A DNA stretch of 64,000 bases from Acidimicrobiales bacterium (GTDB lineage Bacteria; Actinomycetota; Acidimicrobiia; Acidimicrobiales; CADCTF01). The stretch's first letter is position 1; every line of letters begins with the position of its first letter. The translations under genes and the position numbers were made by a program. Location of the stretch: assembly GCA_035540495.1 (NCBI GenBank), contig DATLGL010000015.1, forward strand, positions 128,232 through 192,231, read 5' to 3'. This document shows, piece after piece, positions 17,516-25,646 of this stretch. Below the pieces are notes generated by a model that made no database searches, was not told where the DNA came from, and worked only from the letters and a program-made list of their open reading frames with translations.

Positions 17516-17623
17516 ATGAGCGACCTCCTGCTCTACCTCGGCATCATCGCGGCAGCGACGTTCTTCATCGTGCTCGCCGGCCTCGGGTACTTCTCCCCCG
17601 GCAGCGACAAGAAGAGCGAGTAG
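17516..17623 (+). CDS. Small (35 aa) single-TM protein; possible longer 69-aa form from ATG 17414
   Basis: MSDLLLYLGIIAAATFFIVLAGLGYFSPGSDKKSE, preceded by AAGGAG 6 nt upstream of ATG 17516. The in-frame upstream ATG 17414 lies inside the LexA box. GC3 of the 17414-17515 part is about 79 percent, so the longer form is not excluded. Confidence 0.4.
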   Translation: MSDLLLYLGIIAAATFFIVLAGLGYFSPGSDKKSE

Positions 17624-18880
17624 CTACGGGAACAGGCCGCGGGTGGTCATCGCCTCGGCGAGCCGCTCGACCGCCAGCGCGAAGGCCGCCCGTCGCAGCG
17701 ACACGTCGAGCGCCTGCGACTTCGCCCACACCGCGGTGAACGCCTCCTCCATGTAGCCGCGCAGGCGCGTGGCGACCTCGGTCTCGTCCCACGCGATGCC
17801 CTGCCGGCTCTGCACCCACTCGAAGTACGACGCGGTCACACCACCGGCGTTGGCGAGGATGTCGGGGACGACGATGACGCCCTTCTCGTCGAGGATCGGA
17901 TCGGCTGCGGTGACCGTCGGACCGTTCGCCGCCTCGACGACGACCTTCGCCGTCAGCCGGCGGGCGACGTCGGCGGTGATGGCGCCCTCGAGCGCGGCCG
18001 GGACGAGCAGGTCGCACTCGATCCCCCACATCTCGTCCTGGGTGATGGGGTCCCCGCCGGCAAAGCCTGCGACCGATCCCGTCGCGGCGACGTGGTCGGA
18101 CAGCTCGCCCGGATCGAACCCACCGGGGTTGTAGACCGCGCCACCGATGTCGCTGACCGCGACGACCCGCATCCCCGCGGACGCGACGAGGAACGCGAGC
18201 GGTCCGCCAACCTTGCCGAACCCCTGGATGATCGCCCTGCCACCGACGAAGGGCAGGTCGAGGGCGGCGAACGCCGCGCGAGCCGCCACCAGCACGCCCG
18301 TCGACGTCGCGCCGGAGTGTCCGCGGGTGCCGCCGACGCTCAACGGCTTTCCGGTCACAGACGCCGGCATGTTGCGCCCCTGCATCATCGACAAGGTGTC
18401 GTAGAGCCACGCCATGACCCTGCCGTCGGTGTTGACGTCAGGCGCGGGGATGTCCATGTCGGGGCCGAGCAGCGGCGAGATCTCGAGGGTGTAGCGGCGG
18501 GTCAGCCGCTCGAGCTCACCGAACGACAGCTGACGAGGATCGCACCGCACGCCGCCCTTGCCGCCACCGAAGGGAAGACCGGCGATGGCCGTCTTCAGCG
18601 ACATGCCGGCCGCCAGCGCGGCGACCTCGCTGCCGGTCACGTCCGGATGGAAGCGGATGCCGCCTTTGGCCGGTCCACGCGTCGTGTTGTGGTGCACCCG
18701 CCAGCCCGAGAACACCTCGATGCGACCGTCGTCCATCCGCACCGGCACCGAGACCTCGAGGGTTCGGCGGGGCGTGCAGATCATCGTGTGCAGGTCGCGG
18801 TCGAGGCCCAGGAGCTTCGAGGCATCGTCGATCCGCTCGACGATCGCTGCCCAAGGATCCGACCGGTCTTCCACTGACAC
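17624..18880 (-). CDS. gdh: Glutamate dehydrogenase (Glu/Leu/Phe/Val dehydrogenase family)
   Basis: 418 aa. Catalytic-lysine motif LPFGGGKGGVRCDP and the NAD(P)-binding motif GFGKVGG. Confidence 0.9.
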   Translation of the reverse strand: MSVEDRSDPWAAIVERIDDASKLLGLDRDLHTMICTPRRTLEVSVPVRMDDGRIEVFSGWRVHHNTTRGPAKGGIRFHPDVTGSEVAALAAGMSLKTAIAGLPFGGGKGGVRCDPRQLSFGELERLTRRYTLEISPLLGPDMDIPAPDVNTDGRVMAWLYDTLSMMQGRNMPASVTGKPLSVGGTRGHSGATSTGVLVAARAAFAALDLPFVGGRAIIQGFGKVGGPLAFLVASAGMRVVAVSDIGGAVYNPGGFDPGELSDHVAATGSVAGFAGGDPITQDEMWGIECDLLVPAALEGAITADVARRLTAKVVVEAANGPTVTAADPILDEKGVIVVPDILANAGGVTASYFEWVQSRQGIAWDETEVATRLRGYMEEAFTAVWAKSQALDVSLRRAAFALAVERLAEAMTTRGLFP

Positions 18881-18935
18881 CGGGCTCCATCATGCCCACC
18901 GGCGCCGGAGAACGTGCGCCGCGTTGATCGCCGGC

Positions 18936-19247
18936 TCAGCCCTGGAACGAGGGCTGCACGCCTTCCTTGTAGTGGATGTAGAGGCCGCGGATGATGTCTT
19001 CGATGCCGGCGTCGGACGCACCGCTCGCCAGCTCCACGTTGATCACGTTCGAGTAGATGTGGATCGACGAGGCCACACCGGCTTCGAAGAGGCGGCGGGC
19101 CAGCACATCGGGCGGGCGGTCGCCGACGACGTCGTCGATCGAGCCGTAGCGCTCGTGACCCATGCCGGTCAGCGTGCGGTTGATCTCGAAGCGGACGACG
19201 CCTGCGCGGTCGCTGGGCTTGCGGGAGACGGCGATCGGCTGGCCCAT
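18936..19247 (-). CDS. NifU/Nfu N-terminal-domain-like small protein
   Basis: ORF 18936..19691 trimmed to ATG 19247 (MGQPIAVSRKPSDRAGVVRFEINRTLTG...LARRLFEAGVASSIHIYSNVINVELA...). The pattern resembles the Nfu_N domain. Weak call. Confidence 0.45.
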   Translation of the reverse strand: MGQPIAVSRKPSDRAGVVRFEINRTLTGMGHERYGSIDDVVGDRPPDVLARRLFEAGVASSIHIYSNVINVELASGASDAGIEDIIRGLYIHYKEGVQPSFQG

Positions 19248-19275
19248 GGCGACGCGGAGGTTAGTGGGACCGCCG

Positions 19276-20418
19276 ATGGGGCGACCAACCCGTCCTACGA
19301 TGCCGCCGATGGCGCTCGAGCCCGCGCGGCGGCCGGTCCCGGTACGGACGATCCTCGCCACGATCGGGCTCGTGCTGGCCACGATCGTGGCCATCGCGAT
19401 CGTCCAGAAGCTGGCGAACGTGATCGGGCTGCTCGTGGTCGCGCTGTTCTTCGCCATCCTCCTGACGCCGCCGGTCGACTTCCTCGAACGGCACCGGATG
19501 CGCCGGTCGCTCGCGACGATCGTCGTGTTCCTGTCGGGCGTCGTCCTCTTCTCACTGATGATCGCCGCCTTCGTGCAGCCGATCGCGCGCGAGGTCGACG
19601 ACTTCATCGAGAACTTTCCGACGTTCGTGGAAGATGCCCGCGAGGGGCGCGGGCCGATCGGCCGTGTCGTCACACGGTTCGAGATCGACACCTACATCGA
19701 GGAGAACCAGGACCAGCTCGAACGTCAGCTCCGTGGTGCGGGCGCGCCGGCTCTCGACGTCGCCCGGAGCGTCGCGAGCGGGGTGTTCACGTTCGTCACG
19801 ATCCTCGTGCTGTCGTTCCTGATGATCTTGGAGGGACCGCAGATCACGGCAGGGATCCTTCGCGTGATCGACGACGGCGACCGACGGGAGCGCCTGCGGA
19901 AGGTCGCCGCCGACTGCTCCAAGGCCGTCACCGGCTACATGGCAGGCAACCTCGTCATCAGCGTCATCGCCGGCGTCACGACGTTCGTCTTCCTCAGCAT
20001 CATCGGCGTGCCGTTCGCCGGCGTGCTCGGGCTGTGGGTCGCGTTCGCCGACCTCATCCCCCTGGTCGGCGCGACCCTCGGCGCGATCCCGACGATCGCG
20101 GTGGCGTTCCTCAGCTCGCCCACCGACGGGATCGCTGCGGTGATCTTCTACGTCGTCTACCAGCAGTTCGAGAACCACCTGCTCCAGCCGACGGTCATGT
20201 CGCGCACCGTCGACATCAACCCGCTCGGCGTGCTCGTGAGCGTGCTCGTCGGAGTCGACCTGTTCGGCATCCTCGGCGCGCTGCTCGCGATTCCCGCCGC
20301 AGGCGTGCTGCAGGTCATCGTTCGCAACCTCTACGACGAGCACCGTGGACGGCTGAAGCCGGTGCCCACGGTCGGAACCGACGAGATCCCGATCACGGAG
20401 GCGGACGATGGCGAGTGA
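19276..20418 (+). CDS. AI-2E family transporter (PerM/UPF0118)
   Basis: ORF 19162..20418. Multi-TM protein with the conserved C-terminal region FADLIPLVGATLGAIP...YQQFENHLLQP. The start is ambiguous between GTG 19264 and ATG 19276. Confidence 0.85.
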   Translation: MGRPTRPTMPPMALEPARRPVPVRTILATIGLVLATIVAIAIVQKLANVIGLLVVALFFAILLTPPVDFLERHRMRRSLATIVVFLSGVVLFSLMIAAFVQPIAREVDDFIENFPTFVEDAREGRGPIGRVVTRFEIDTYIEENQDQLERQLRGAGAPALDVARSVASGVFTFVTILVLSFLMILEGPQITAGILRVIDDGDRRERLRKVAADCSKAVTGYMAGNLVISVIAGVTTFVFLSIIGVPFAGVLGLWVAFADLIPLVGATLGAIPTIAVAFLSSPTDGIAAVIFYVVYQQFENHLLQPTVMSRTVDINPLGVLVSVLVGVDLFGILGALLAIPAAGVLQVIVRNLYDEHRGRLKPVPTVGTDEIPITEADDGE

Positions 20419-21619
20419 GGAGATCGAGCTCCACGGCCACATCATCGACTCGCTGATCCTGCCCAAGGTGATGGACGTCATCCTCTCCGCGGGCGCCGAC
20501 TACCGGATGCTGCAGTTCGACATCGGGCGCACCAACGCCGACGTGAGCACGGCGCGCATCGAGGTCACGGCGGAGTCGGACGACGCGCTCGCCGCGCTGC
20601 TGGTCGAGCTGCAGGTGCACGGCGCGAACCCGGTCCACACGGTCGACGCCGAGGTGGTGCGGGCCGACCGCGACGGCGTGTTCCCGGCCGGCTTCTACTC
20701 CACGACGAACCTGCCGACCGCGGTGCGGATCGACGGGCGGTGGATCGACGTCGCGCAGCCCGAGATGGATTGCGGTGTCGTCGTGCGGGATGGCACGGCC
20801 GCAACGGTTCCGGTGCATCAGGTGCGAGAGGGCGACGCGATCGTCGTCGGCCACGAGGGCGTGCGGGTGTCGCCGCCGGCCCGCCCCCGCGGATCGAACC
20901 CCTTCGAGTTCATGGGCTCGGAGGTCTCTTCGGAGAAGCCGAAGGCGCTGCTCGTGGCGGAAGTCGCCGAGCGCGTTCGGCTGGCCCGCGAGAGCGGACG
21001 CAAGATCCTCGCGGTATGCGGTCCGGCCGTGATCCACACGGGGGCGGCTCCTCCCCTCGCCCGCCTCGTGCGCGAGGGGTGGATCGACGTGTTGTTCGCG
21101 GGCAACGGCTTCGCCACCCACGACATCGAGTCGAACGTCATGGGAACATCGCTCGGCGTGTCGGTCCGCGAGGGCGCGCCGACCGAGGGCGGCCACTCGA
21201 ACCACCTGCGCGTCATCAACGAGGTCCGCCGCTACGGATCCATCGCCGCCGCGGTCGACGCCGGGTACATCGATGCGGGCGTCATGTACGAGTGCGTTCG
21301 CCGTCAGGTGCCGTTCGTCCTCGGTGGGTCTCTTCGTGACGATGGCCCGTTGCCCGACGTGTACACGAACGTCGTCGAGGCGGCGGACGCGATGCGGTAC
21401 CTCGTGCCCGACGTCGGCGTCGCGCTGATGCTCGCCTCGACGTTGCACGCCATCGCGACGGGGAACCTGCTGCCGGCCGACGTGGAGACGTTCTGCGTCG
21501 ACATCAACCAGGCGGTGGTGACGAAGCTCGCCGATCGGGGCAGCCACCAGGCGCTCGGGATCGTCACCGACGTCGGGCTGTTCGTGCACCAGCTCGCGTC
21601 CGAGCTCTGCGGTCCGTGA
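20408..21619 (+). CDS. LOR/SDH-like TIGR00300-family protein (ornithine-cyclodeaminase-type domain, as in the ArgZ/AgrE C-terminal part)
   Basis: 403 aa, starting MASEEIELHGHIIDSLILPKVMDVILSAGADYRMLQFDIG, with ...VCGPAVIHTGAAP...FAGNGFATHDIE... further in. Matches my recollection of the stand-alone TIGR00300 / LOR-SDH conserved-region family. Overlaps the AI-2E gene by 11 nt. Confidence 0.75.
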   Translation: MASEEIELHGHIIDSLILPKVMDVILSAGADYRMLQFDIGRTNADVSTARIEVTAESDDALAALLVELQVHGANPVHTVDAEVVRADRDGVFPAGFYSTTNLPTAVRIDGRWIDVAQPEMDCGVVVRDGTAATVPVHQVREGDAIVVGHEGVRVSPPARPRGSNPFEFMGSEVSSEKPKALLVAEVAERVRLARESGRKILAVCGPAVIHTGAAPPLARLVREGWIDVLFAGNGFATHDIESNVMGTSLGVSVREGAPTEGGHSNHLRVINEVRRYGSIAAAVDAGYIDAGVMYECVRRQVPFVLGGSLRDDGPLPDVYTNVVEAADAMRYLVPDVGVALMLASTLHAIATGNLLPADVETFCVDINQAVVTKLADRGSHQALGIVTDVGLFVHQLASELCGP

Positions 21620-22461
21620 CCGCGGCGTCGGTGGGAGACGGCGAGCTGTCGTGGGGGCGGCGGTTCCTCATGTGCCCGCCGACCCACTTCGGCGTGCTGT
21701 ACGAGATCAACAGCTGGATGTCAGCTGAGGTTCCGGTCGACGTCGATCGCGCGCAGTCGCAGTGGGACACCCTTGTCGCCACGCTGCGCGCCGCCGGCGC
21801 CGAAGTCGAGGTGATGGACGCGGTCGAGGGGCTCCCCGACCTCGTGTTCACCGCCAACGCGGGTGTCGTCAACGGGACGCAGTTCGTGCCGGCCCGCTTC
21901 CGTCATCCCGAGCGCCAGGGCGAGACGCCGCACAACGTCGAGTGGTTCTCGTCGAACGGGTTCACCGTCGATGAGCTCCCGCTCGGCGTGTCCCACGAGG
22001 GAGCGGGCGATGCCTTGCCGTTCGGCTCCGTGCTCGTGTCGGGATACCGCATGCGGAGCGACGCCGCATCCCACGCGTACCTCTCGCGGTTGACCGGTGC
22101 GGCCGTGCGGAGCGTCGAGCTCGTCGACGAGCGGCTGTACCACCTCGACATCACGTTCTGTCCGTTGGACGAGCGACGGGCGATCGTCGCGCCGATGGGT
22201 TGGGACGCCTACGGCCGTCGGGTGATCGAGTCGTTGGTTCCCGAGCTGCTCGTGCTCGACGAGGAGGCGACGCTGCGGTTCTGCGCCAACTCCGTCGTCG
22301 TCGGGCGGACGATCGTGATGCCCGGCTGCACCGTGGAGGTCGGCCGGCAGCTCGAGGCGTGGGGGTTCACCGTCGAGGTCGTCGACGTGAGCGAGTTCCA
22401 GAAGGCGGGCGGCGCGTGTCGGTGCCTGACCCTCGCGCTCGACGTCAGACTGTCGACGTGA
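21616..22461 (+). CDS. Guanidino-group-modifying enzyme (amidinotransferase/DDAH/arginine dihydrolase fold)
   Basis: GTG 21616 forms a GTGA overlap with the previous stop. FLMCPPTHFGVLYEINSWM at the N-terminus, HLDITFCPL in the middle, and the C-terminal catalytic-Cys context GGACRCLTLAL are GME-superfamily hallmarks. Confidence 0.75.
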   Translation: MTAASVGDGELSWGRRFLMCPPTHFGVLYEINSWMSAEVPVDVDRAQSQWDTLVATLRAAGAEVEVMDAVEGLPDLVFTANAGVVNGTQFVPARFRHPERQGETPHNVEWFSSNGFTVDELPLGVSHEGAGDALPFGSVLVSGYRMRSDAASHAYLSRLTGAAVRSVELVDERLYHLDITFCPLDERRAIVAPMGWDAYGRRVIESLVPELLVLDEEATLRFCANSVVVGRTIVMPGCTVEVGRQLEAWGFTVEVVDVSEFQKAGGACRCLTLALDVRLST

Positions 22462-22814
22462 GTGACATCCGCGAGCACGACGAACGCCCCTGGGGCAACT
22501 ACACGGTCCTGAGCGACGCCGACGATCACAAGGTGAAGGAGATCGTCGTCCTCCCGGGGAAGCGGCTGAGCTACCAGACGCATGCGCGCCGCTCGGAGCA
22601 CTGGTTCGTGGTGCGGGGAGAGGGCGTCGTCACCCTCGACGGTGAGGAGCACGTCGTCGGTCGAGGCCAGGCGATCGACATCGCGCGAGGCGCCGCGCAC
22701 CGCATCGAGAACCGCGCTGACGGCGACCTCGTGTTCATCGAGGTCCAGCACGGCGACTACTTCGGTGAGGACGACATCGAGCGTCTCGACGACGACTTCG
22801 GTCGGGCGGGGTGA
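22458..22814 (+). CDS. Cupin, type II phosphomannose-isomerase C-terminal-domain-like
   Basis: GTG 22458 forms a GTGA overlap. ERPWGNYTVL...VKEIVVLPGKRLSYQTHARRSEHWFVVRGEG...HRIEN...IEVQHGDYFGEDDIERLDDDFGR matches the PMI type II cupin signature. Confidence 0.75.
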   Translation: MSDIREHDERPWGNYTVLSDADDHKVKEIVVLPGKRLSYQTHARRSEHWFVVRGEGVVTLDGEEHVVGRGQAIDIARGAAHRIENRADGDLVFIEVQHGDYFGEDDIERLDDDFGRAG

Positions 22815-23233
22815 CCGTCACCTACGACGGCGACTGCTCGACGGTCGACTGGGCGCAGGTGAAGGCCGACCTCGTGGCCGACGCCTTCGACAACGGTCGC
22901 ACGCCTGCCGCGCTGCGACGTTCGTTCGAGCAGTCGCAACACGTGGTCTTCGCACGTGACGCTGGTGGGCGGGTGGTGGGCACGGCACGTCTGCTGTCGG
23001 ATGGCGTCTGCAACGCGTACCTCGTCGACGTGTGGACCCTGTCGTCCCGTCGCCGTGAGGGCGTCGCGTCGGCAATGGTTCGCTCGTTGATCGAGGCGGT
23101 GCCCGGACAACACGTCGGCCTGCAGACCGACGACGCTCAGGCGTTCTACGAGTCGCTCGGCTTCCGTCGCCAGCCCGAGTTCATGGCGACGGTGTCGGGC
23201 TCGTGGCTCGACAACGAGCCGAACCGCTCGTGA
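22811..23233 (+). CDS. GNAT family N-acetyltransferase
   Basis: GTG 22811 forms a GTGA overlap. Motif A region VWTLSSRRREGVASAMVRSLI and the C-terminal FYESLGF. Confidence 0.75.
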   Translation: MTVTYDGDCSTVDWAQVKADLVADAFDNGRTPAALRRSFEQSQHVVFARDAGGRVVGTARLLSDGVCNAYLVDVWTLSSRRREGVASAMVRSLIEAVPGQHVGLQTDDAQAFYESLGFRRQPEFMATVSGSWLDNEPNRS

Positions 23234-23249
23234 TCGTCGAGCACGCGTC

Positions 23250-23597
23250 GTGAGGATCGTCCGCTTCGACGCTTCCGCTGGGCGTTCGATCGACGCGTTC
23301 GGCAGTCGGAATGCGACGCTGTCGCCCCTGATGGGCGCCGACGACGCCGCCCGTACGGTCTGCATCCACCTCGCCGCGGGCGGCGAGATCGCTGAGCACG
23401 CAGCGATGGCCGTGCAGCTGTTCTGCGTAGTCAGCGGGGAGGGGTGGGTCTCAGGCGGTGACGGCCGGAGGCACCCGATCGGCCCGCTGCAGGCTGCGCA
23501 CTGGTCGTCGGGCGAACTGCACGCCGTCGGCACAGACGGAGGTCTCGTCGCCTTCGTGATCGAAGGTTCGTTCGAGGTCGTCGCTTCGCCCGCGTGA
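23250..23597 (+). CDS. Cupin domain protein
   Basis: 115 aa, GTG start. Beta-barrel pattern with HLAAGGEIAEH...FCVVSGEGWV... Confidence 0.6.
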   Translation: MRIVRFDASAGRSIDAFGSRNATLSPLMGADDAARTVCIHLAAGGEIAEHAAMAVQLFCVVSGEGWVSGGDGRRHPIGPLQAAHWSSGELHAVGTDGGLVAFVIEGSFEVVASPA

Positions 23598-23619
23598 CCA
23601 CTCGACAACACCCCTGGCG

Positions 23620-24186
23620 TCAGATCCAGCCAGCGCGGCGCAGCACATCGAGCGCGACATCTCGGACCGGGCGGTCGTCGTTCTCGACGACGAAGTCCTC
23701 GTGTGCAGCCTGCTGGAGGATCTCCTCGAGCTCGACGGTTCGCGCCAGATGCCAATCGAGGGACGGACCTTCTGGCATGCGCCTGGTGAGCCGTTCGAGA
23801 CGCACCGGCTCGGGACCGGTGATGCGGACGGTGGTGATCTCCGCTCCCGGGATCGCGGCGCGGTAGCGGTCGACCTCACTCCCGTCCTCGAGGACGTGGG
23901 CGAGCACCAGCCGCGTCGCTCCATGGGCTCGGTAGATCGGCCACAGCGCGGCGAGGTTCTCGAACATGAGGTCGGCGTTCCAGCGCGACGACGGTGGCCA
24001 CATCGCCGTGAGCGCGTCGAGGTCGATCGTCGCGTTCGGGACCTCCATCTCGGCGAGCGCGTCGTTGATCTCGTAGGCGACGGTGGTCTTGCCTGCGCCG
24101 ACGGTGCCGGTGATCAGCAGCACCGGCACCGGCACCGGCGTCGTGGTCTCAGGCGTCACGAACGAGCTCCTGGAACTCCCGCCCAT
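23620..24186 (-). CDS. P-loop NTPase / small-molecule-kinase-like protein
   Basis: Walker A motif ITGTVGAGKTTV. About 180 aa, the size and layout of CPT or adenylylsulfate-kinase-like kinases. An alternative GTG start at 24159 overlaps the upstream GNAT stop. Confidence 0.7.
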   Translation of the reverse strand: MGGSSRSSFVTPETTTPVPVPVLLITGTVGAGKTTVAYEINDALAEMEVPNATIDLDALTAMWPPSSRWNADLMFENLAALWPIYRAHGATRLVLAHVLEDGSEVDRYRAAIPGAEITTVRITGPEPVRLERLTRRMPEGPSLDWHLARTVELEEILQQAAHEDFVVENDDRPVRDVALDVLRRAGWI

Positions 24187-24625
24187 CGACGTCGAAGCGG
24201 CGCACGACGTCGAACCCGGCGGAGAGGCACAGGCGGGTCGAGCGGTCGTTGAACGCGGCGATCGCCGTCCGGAAGCGCTCGGGTCTGAAGCGGAGTCGGG
24301 CGAACTCGAGGATCGACGGGAACACCTGCGTCGCGAGGCCTCGGCTCAGCAGGTCGGGACGAACGCCGCCGCCGACGTCGACCGTGCCCGGCTGGGCGTC
24401 CTGTCCCCGGACCCGCGCCTCGACGCCGAAGCAGCAGAACCCGATGACCTCGTCGGTGTCCCGCCGCGCGATGCCGAAGTAGCCGTAGCCGTCGTCGTCG
24501 ACCGCGAGGAAATCGGCCGCGTTCGCCGGATCTCCGTCGTAGATGTCGTACGGCGCCTCGTAGGCCCATGCCGCGACCGCGTCGGCTTCGTCACGACGCA
24601 GCGGACGGATGACGACGTCGGTCAC
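24149..24625 (-). CDS. GNAT family N-acetyltransferase
   Basis: ORF 24149..25585 trimmed to GTG 24625, which forms a GTGA overlap with the upstream stop. VTDVVIRPLRRDEADAVAAWAY...GGGVRPDLLSRGLATQVF...FNDRSTRLCLSAGF is GNAT (RimJ/RimL-like). Confidence 0.7.
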   Translation of the reverse strand: MTDVVIRPLRRDEADAVAAWAYEAPYDIYDGDPANAADFLAVDDDGYGYFGIARRDTDEVIGFCCFGVEARVRGQDAQPGTVDVGGGVRPDLLSRGLATQVFPSILEFARLRFRPERFRTAIAAFNDRSTRLCLSAGFDVVRRFDVDGREFQELVRDA

Positions 24626-25614
24626 TGGTCTGCAGCCCGATGACCGACAGCTGGATCCCACGCGGGCGGCGCGGTCTGCAGATAGGTGCGGACACGATCG
24701 AGGAACGTCGGTGCGTCGATCGACGAGTCGCCGTCGTGCGAGAGCGTCGGCGTGAGGGCGCTGACACCGTCCGCCCGCCACTTCACCGCGTCGAGCTCGC
24801 TCAGCTCCCTGGCGAGCGGCAGCAGGGCGACGCGCTGGGGACGAGGCCGTGACTGGTACTGCACCCACGTCTCGTACCGATGGGTCAGCTTGAACCGCCG
24901 GCCGTGGACCAGCGCGACGATGCTCATGTCCGTCGCGTTGTGGATCGCCATCGGGTGCACGCCGGTGTAGCGCTGCCCGGTGAACCGGTGGCCCCACGTA
25001 CGTTCGAACGACGGGTCGACCGTCACCACGGCGAGGTCGAGAGCTGGGTCCTCCTCGATGGAGATCAGCTTGTCGTCGATCGCCCGTTCGCTCGCGGTGA
25101 GGCGCTCGTCGTCGTCGATCCAGAGGTCGCGGTAGACGTCGATGTCGTCGATCATCCGCGGGAGGTGCTCGAGGCCGACCGGGTACGGGTCGCCGGGCGT
25201 CAGCTGCCCGGTGATCGAGATCGTCGCGCTGATGCGGGCCGCCCGACGATCGCGGTAGGTGCCGAAGTCGCCGGCCGCCGCGATGTCCTCGAGGAGCTCG
25301 CGGTGCTCCATCGCGTGGTGCGGAGCGACGAGGGCGTAGACGCCGACGAGCCCGTCCTGATCGAAGTGGTTGTTCGTGACCACCTCCGCCTCGCCGTGCA
25401 GGTCGAGCCCGCGCTCGACGTACCGGAGCGCCATCTGGGCGGACAGGTCCGCCTTGAGCGACGGCTCGGCACAGGGGAAGCCAGGCCAGTGGGTCAGCGA
25501 GAGCACCGTTGCTTCGTTCGGCGATCCGTCGATGACGACGTTCGGGACCGACCTCGACGCGTCGTACTCGAGATACCGCACGCACCCGAACGTAGACCTT
25601 CGCGCCGCCGGCAT
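24622..25614 (-). CDS. Hypothetical 330-aa protein (conserved-looking; family not recognised)
   Basis: ORF 24622..25845 trimmed to ATG 25614 (alternative GTG 25581). Protein-like throughout (…LTHWPGFPC…VVTNNHFDQDGLVGVYALV…). First gene of a three-gene coupled operon. Confidence 0.6.
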   Translation of the reverse strand: MPAARRSTFGCVRYLEYDASRSVPNVVIDGSPNEATVLSLTHWPGFPCAEPSLKADLSAQMALRYVERGLDLHGEAEVVTNNHFDQDGLVGVYALVAPHHAMEHRELLEDIAAAGDFGTYRDRRAARISATISITGQLTPGDPYPVGLEHLPRMIDDIDVYRDLWIDDDERLTASERAIDDKLISIEEDPALDLAVVTVDPSFERTWGHRFTGQRYTGVHPMAIHNATDMSIVALVHGRRFKLTHRYETWVQYQSRPRPQRVALLPLARELSELDAVKWRADGVSALTPTLSHDGDSSIDAPTFLDRVRTYLQTAPPAWDPAVGHRAADQ

Positions 25615-25627
25615 TTCTGTCTCACCC
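25611..25627 (+). promoter_or_regulatory. Conserved 17-nt motif GCATTTCTGTCTCACCC, 19 nt upstream of DUF222/HNH gene (copy 2)
   Basis: Identical at 16 of 17 positions to 742-758, with the same orientation and the same spacing to the start codon of a paralogous gene. Confidence 0.4.
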
Positions 25628-25646
25628 CCGTCGTATCGTCCCTCTT

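Noticed and set aside
17374-17739. 121-aa plus-strand ORF overlapping the imuA' upstream region and the gdh 3' end
   Set aside because: It is Arg/Pro-rich junk and runs antisense into gdh. The alternative frame (17414 or 17516 to 17623) gives a clean TM helix and stops exactly where gdh ends.
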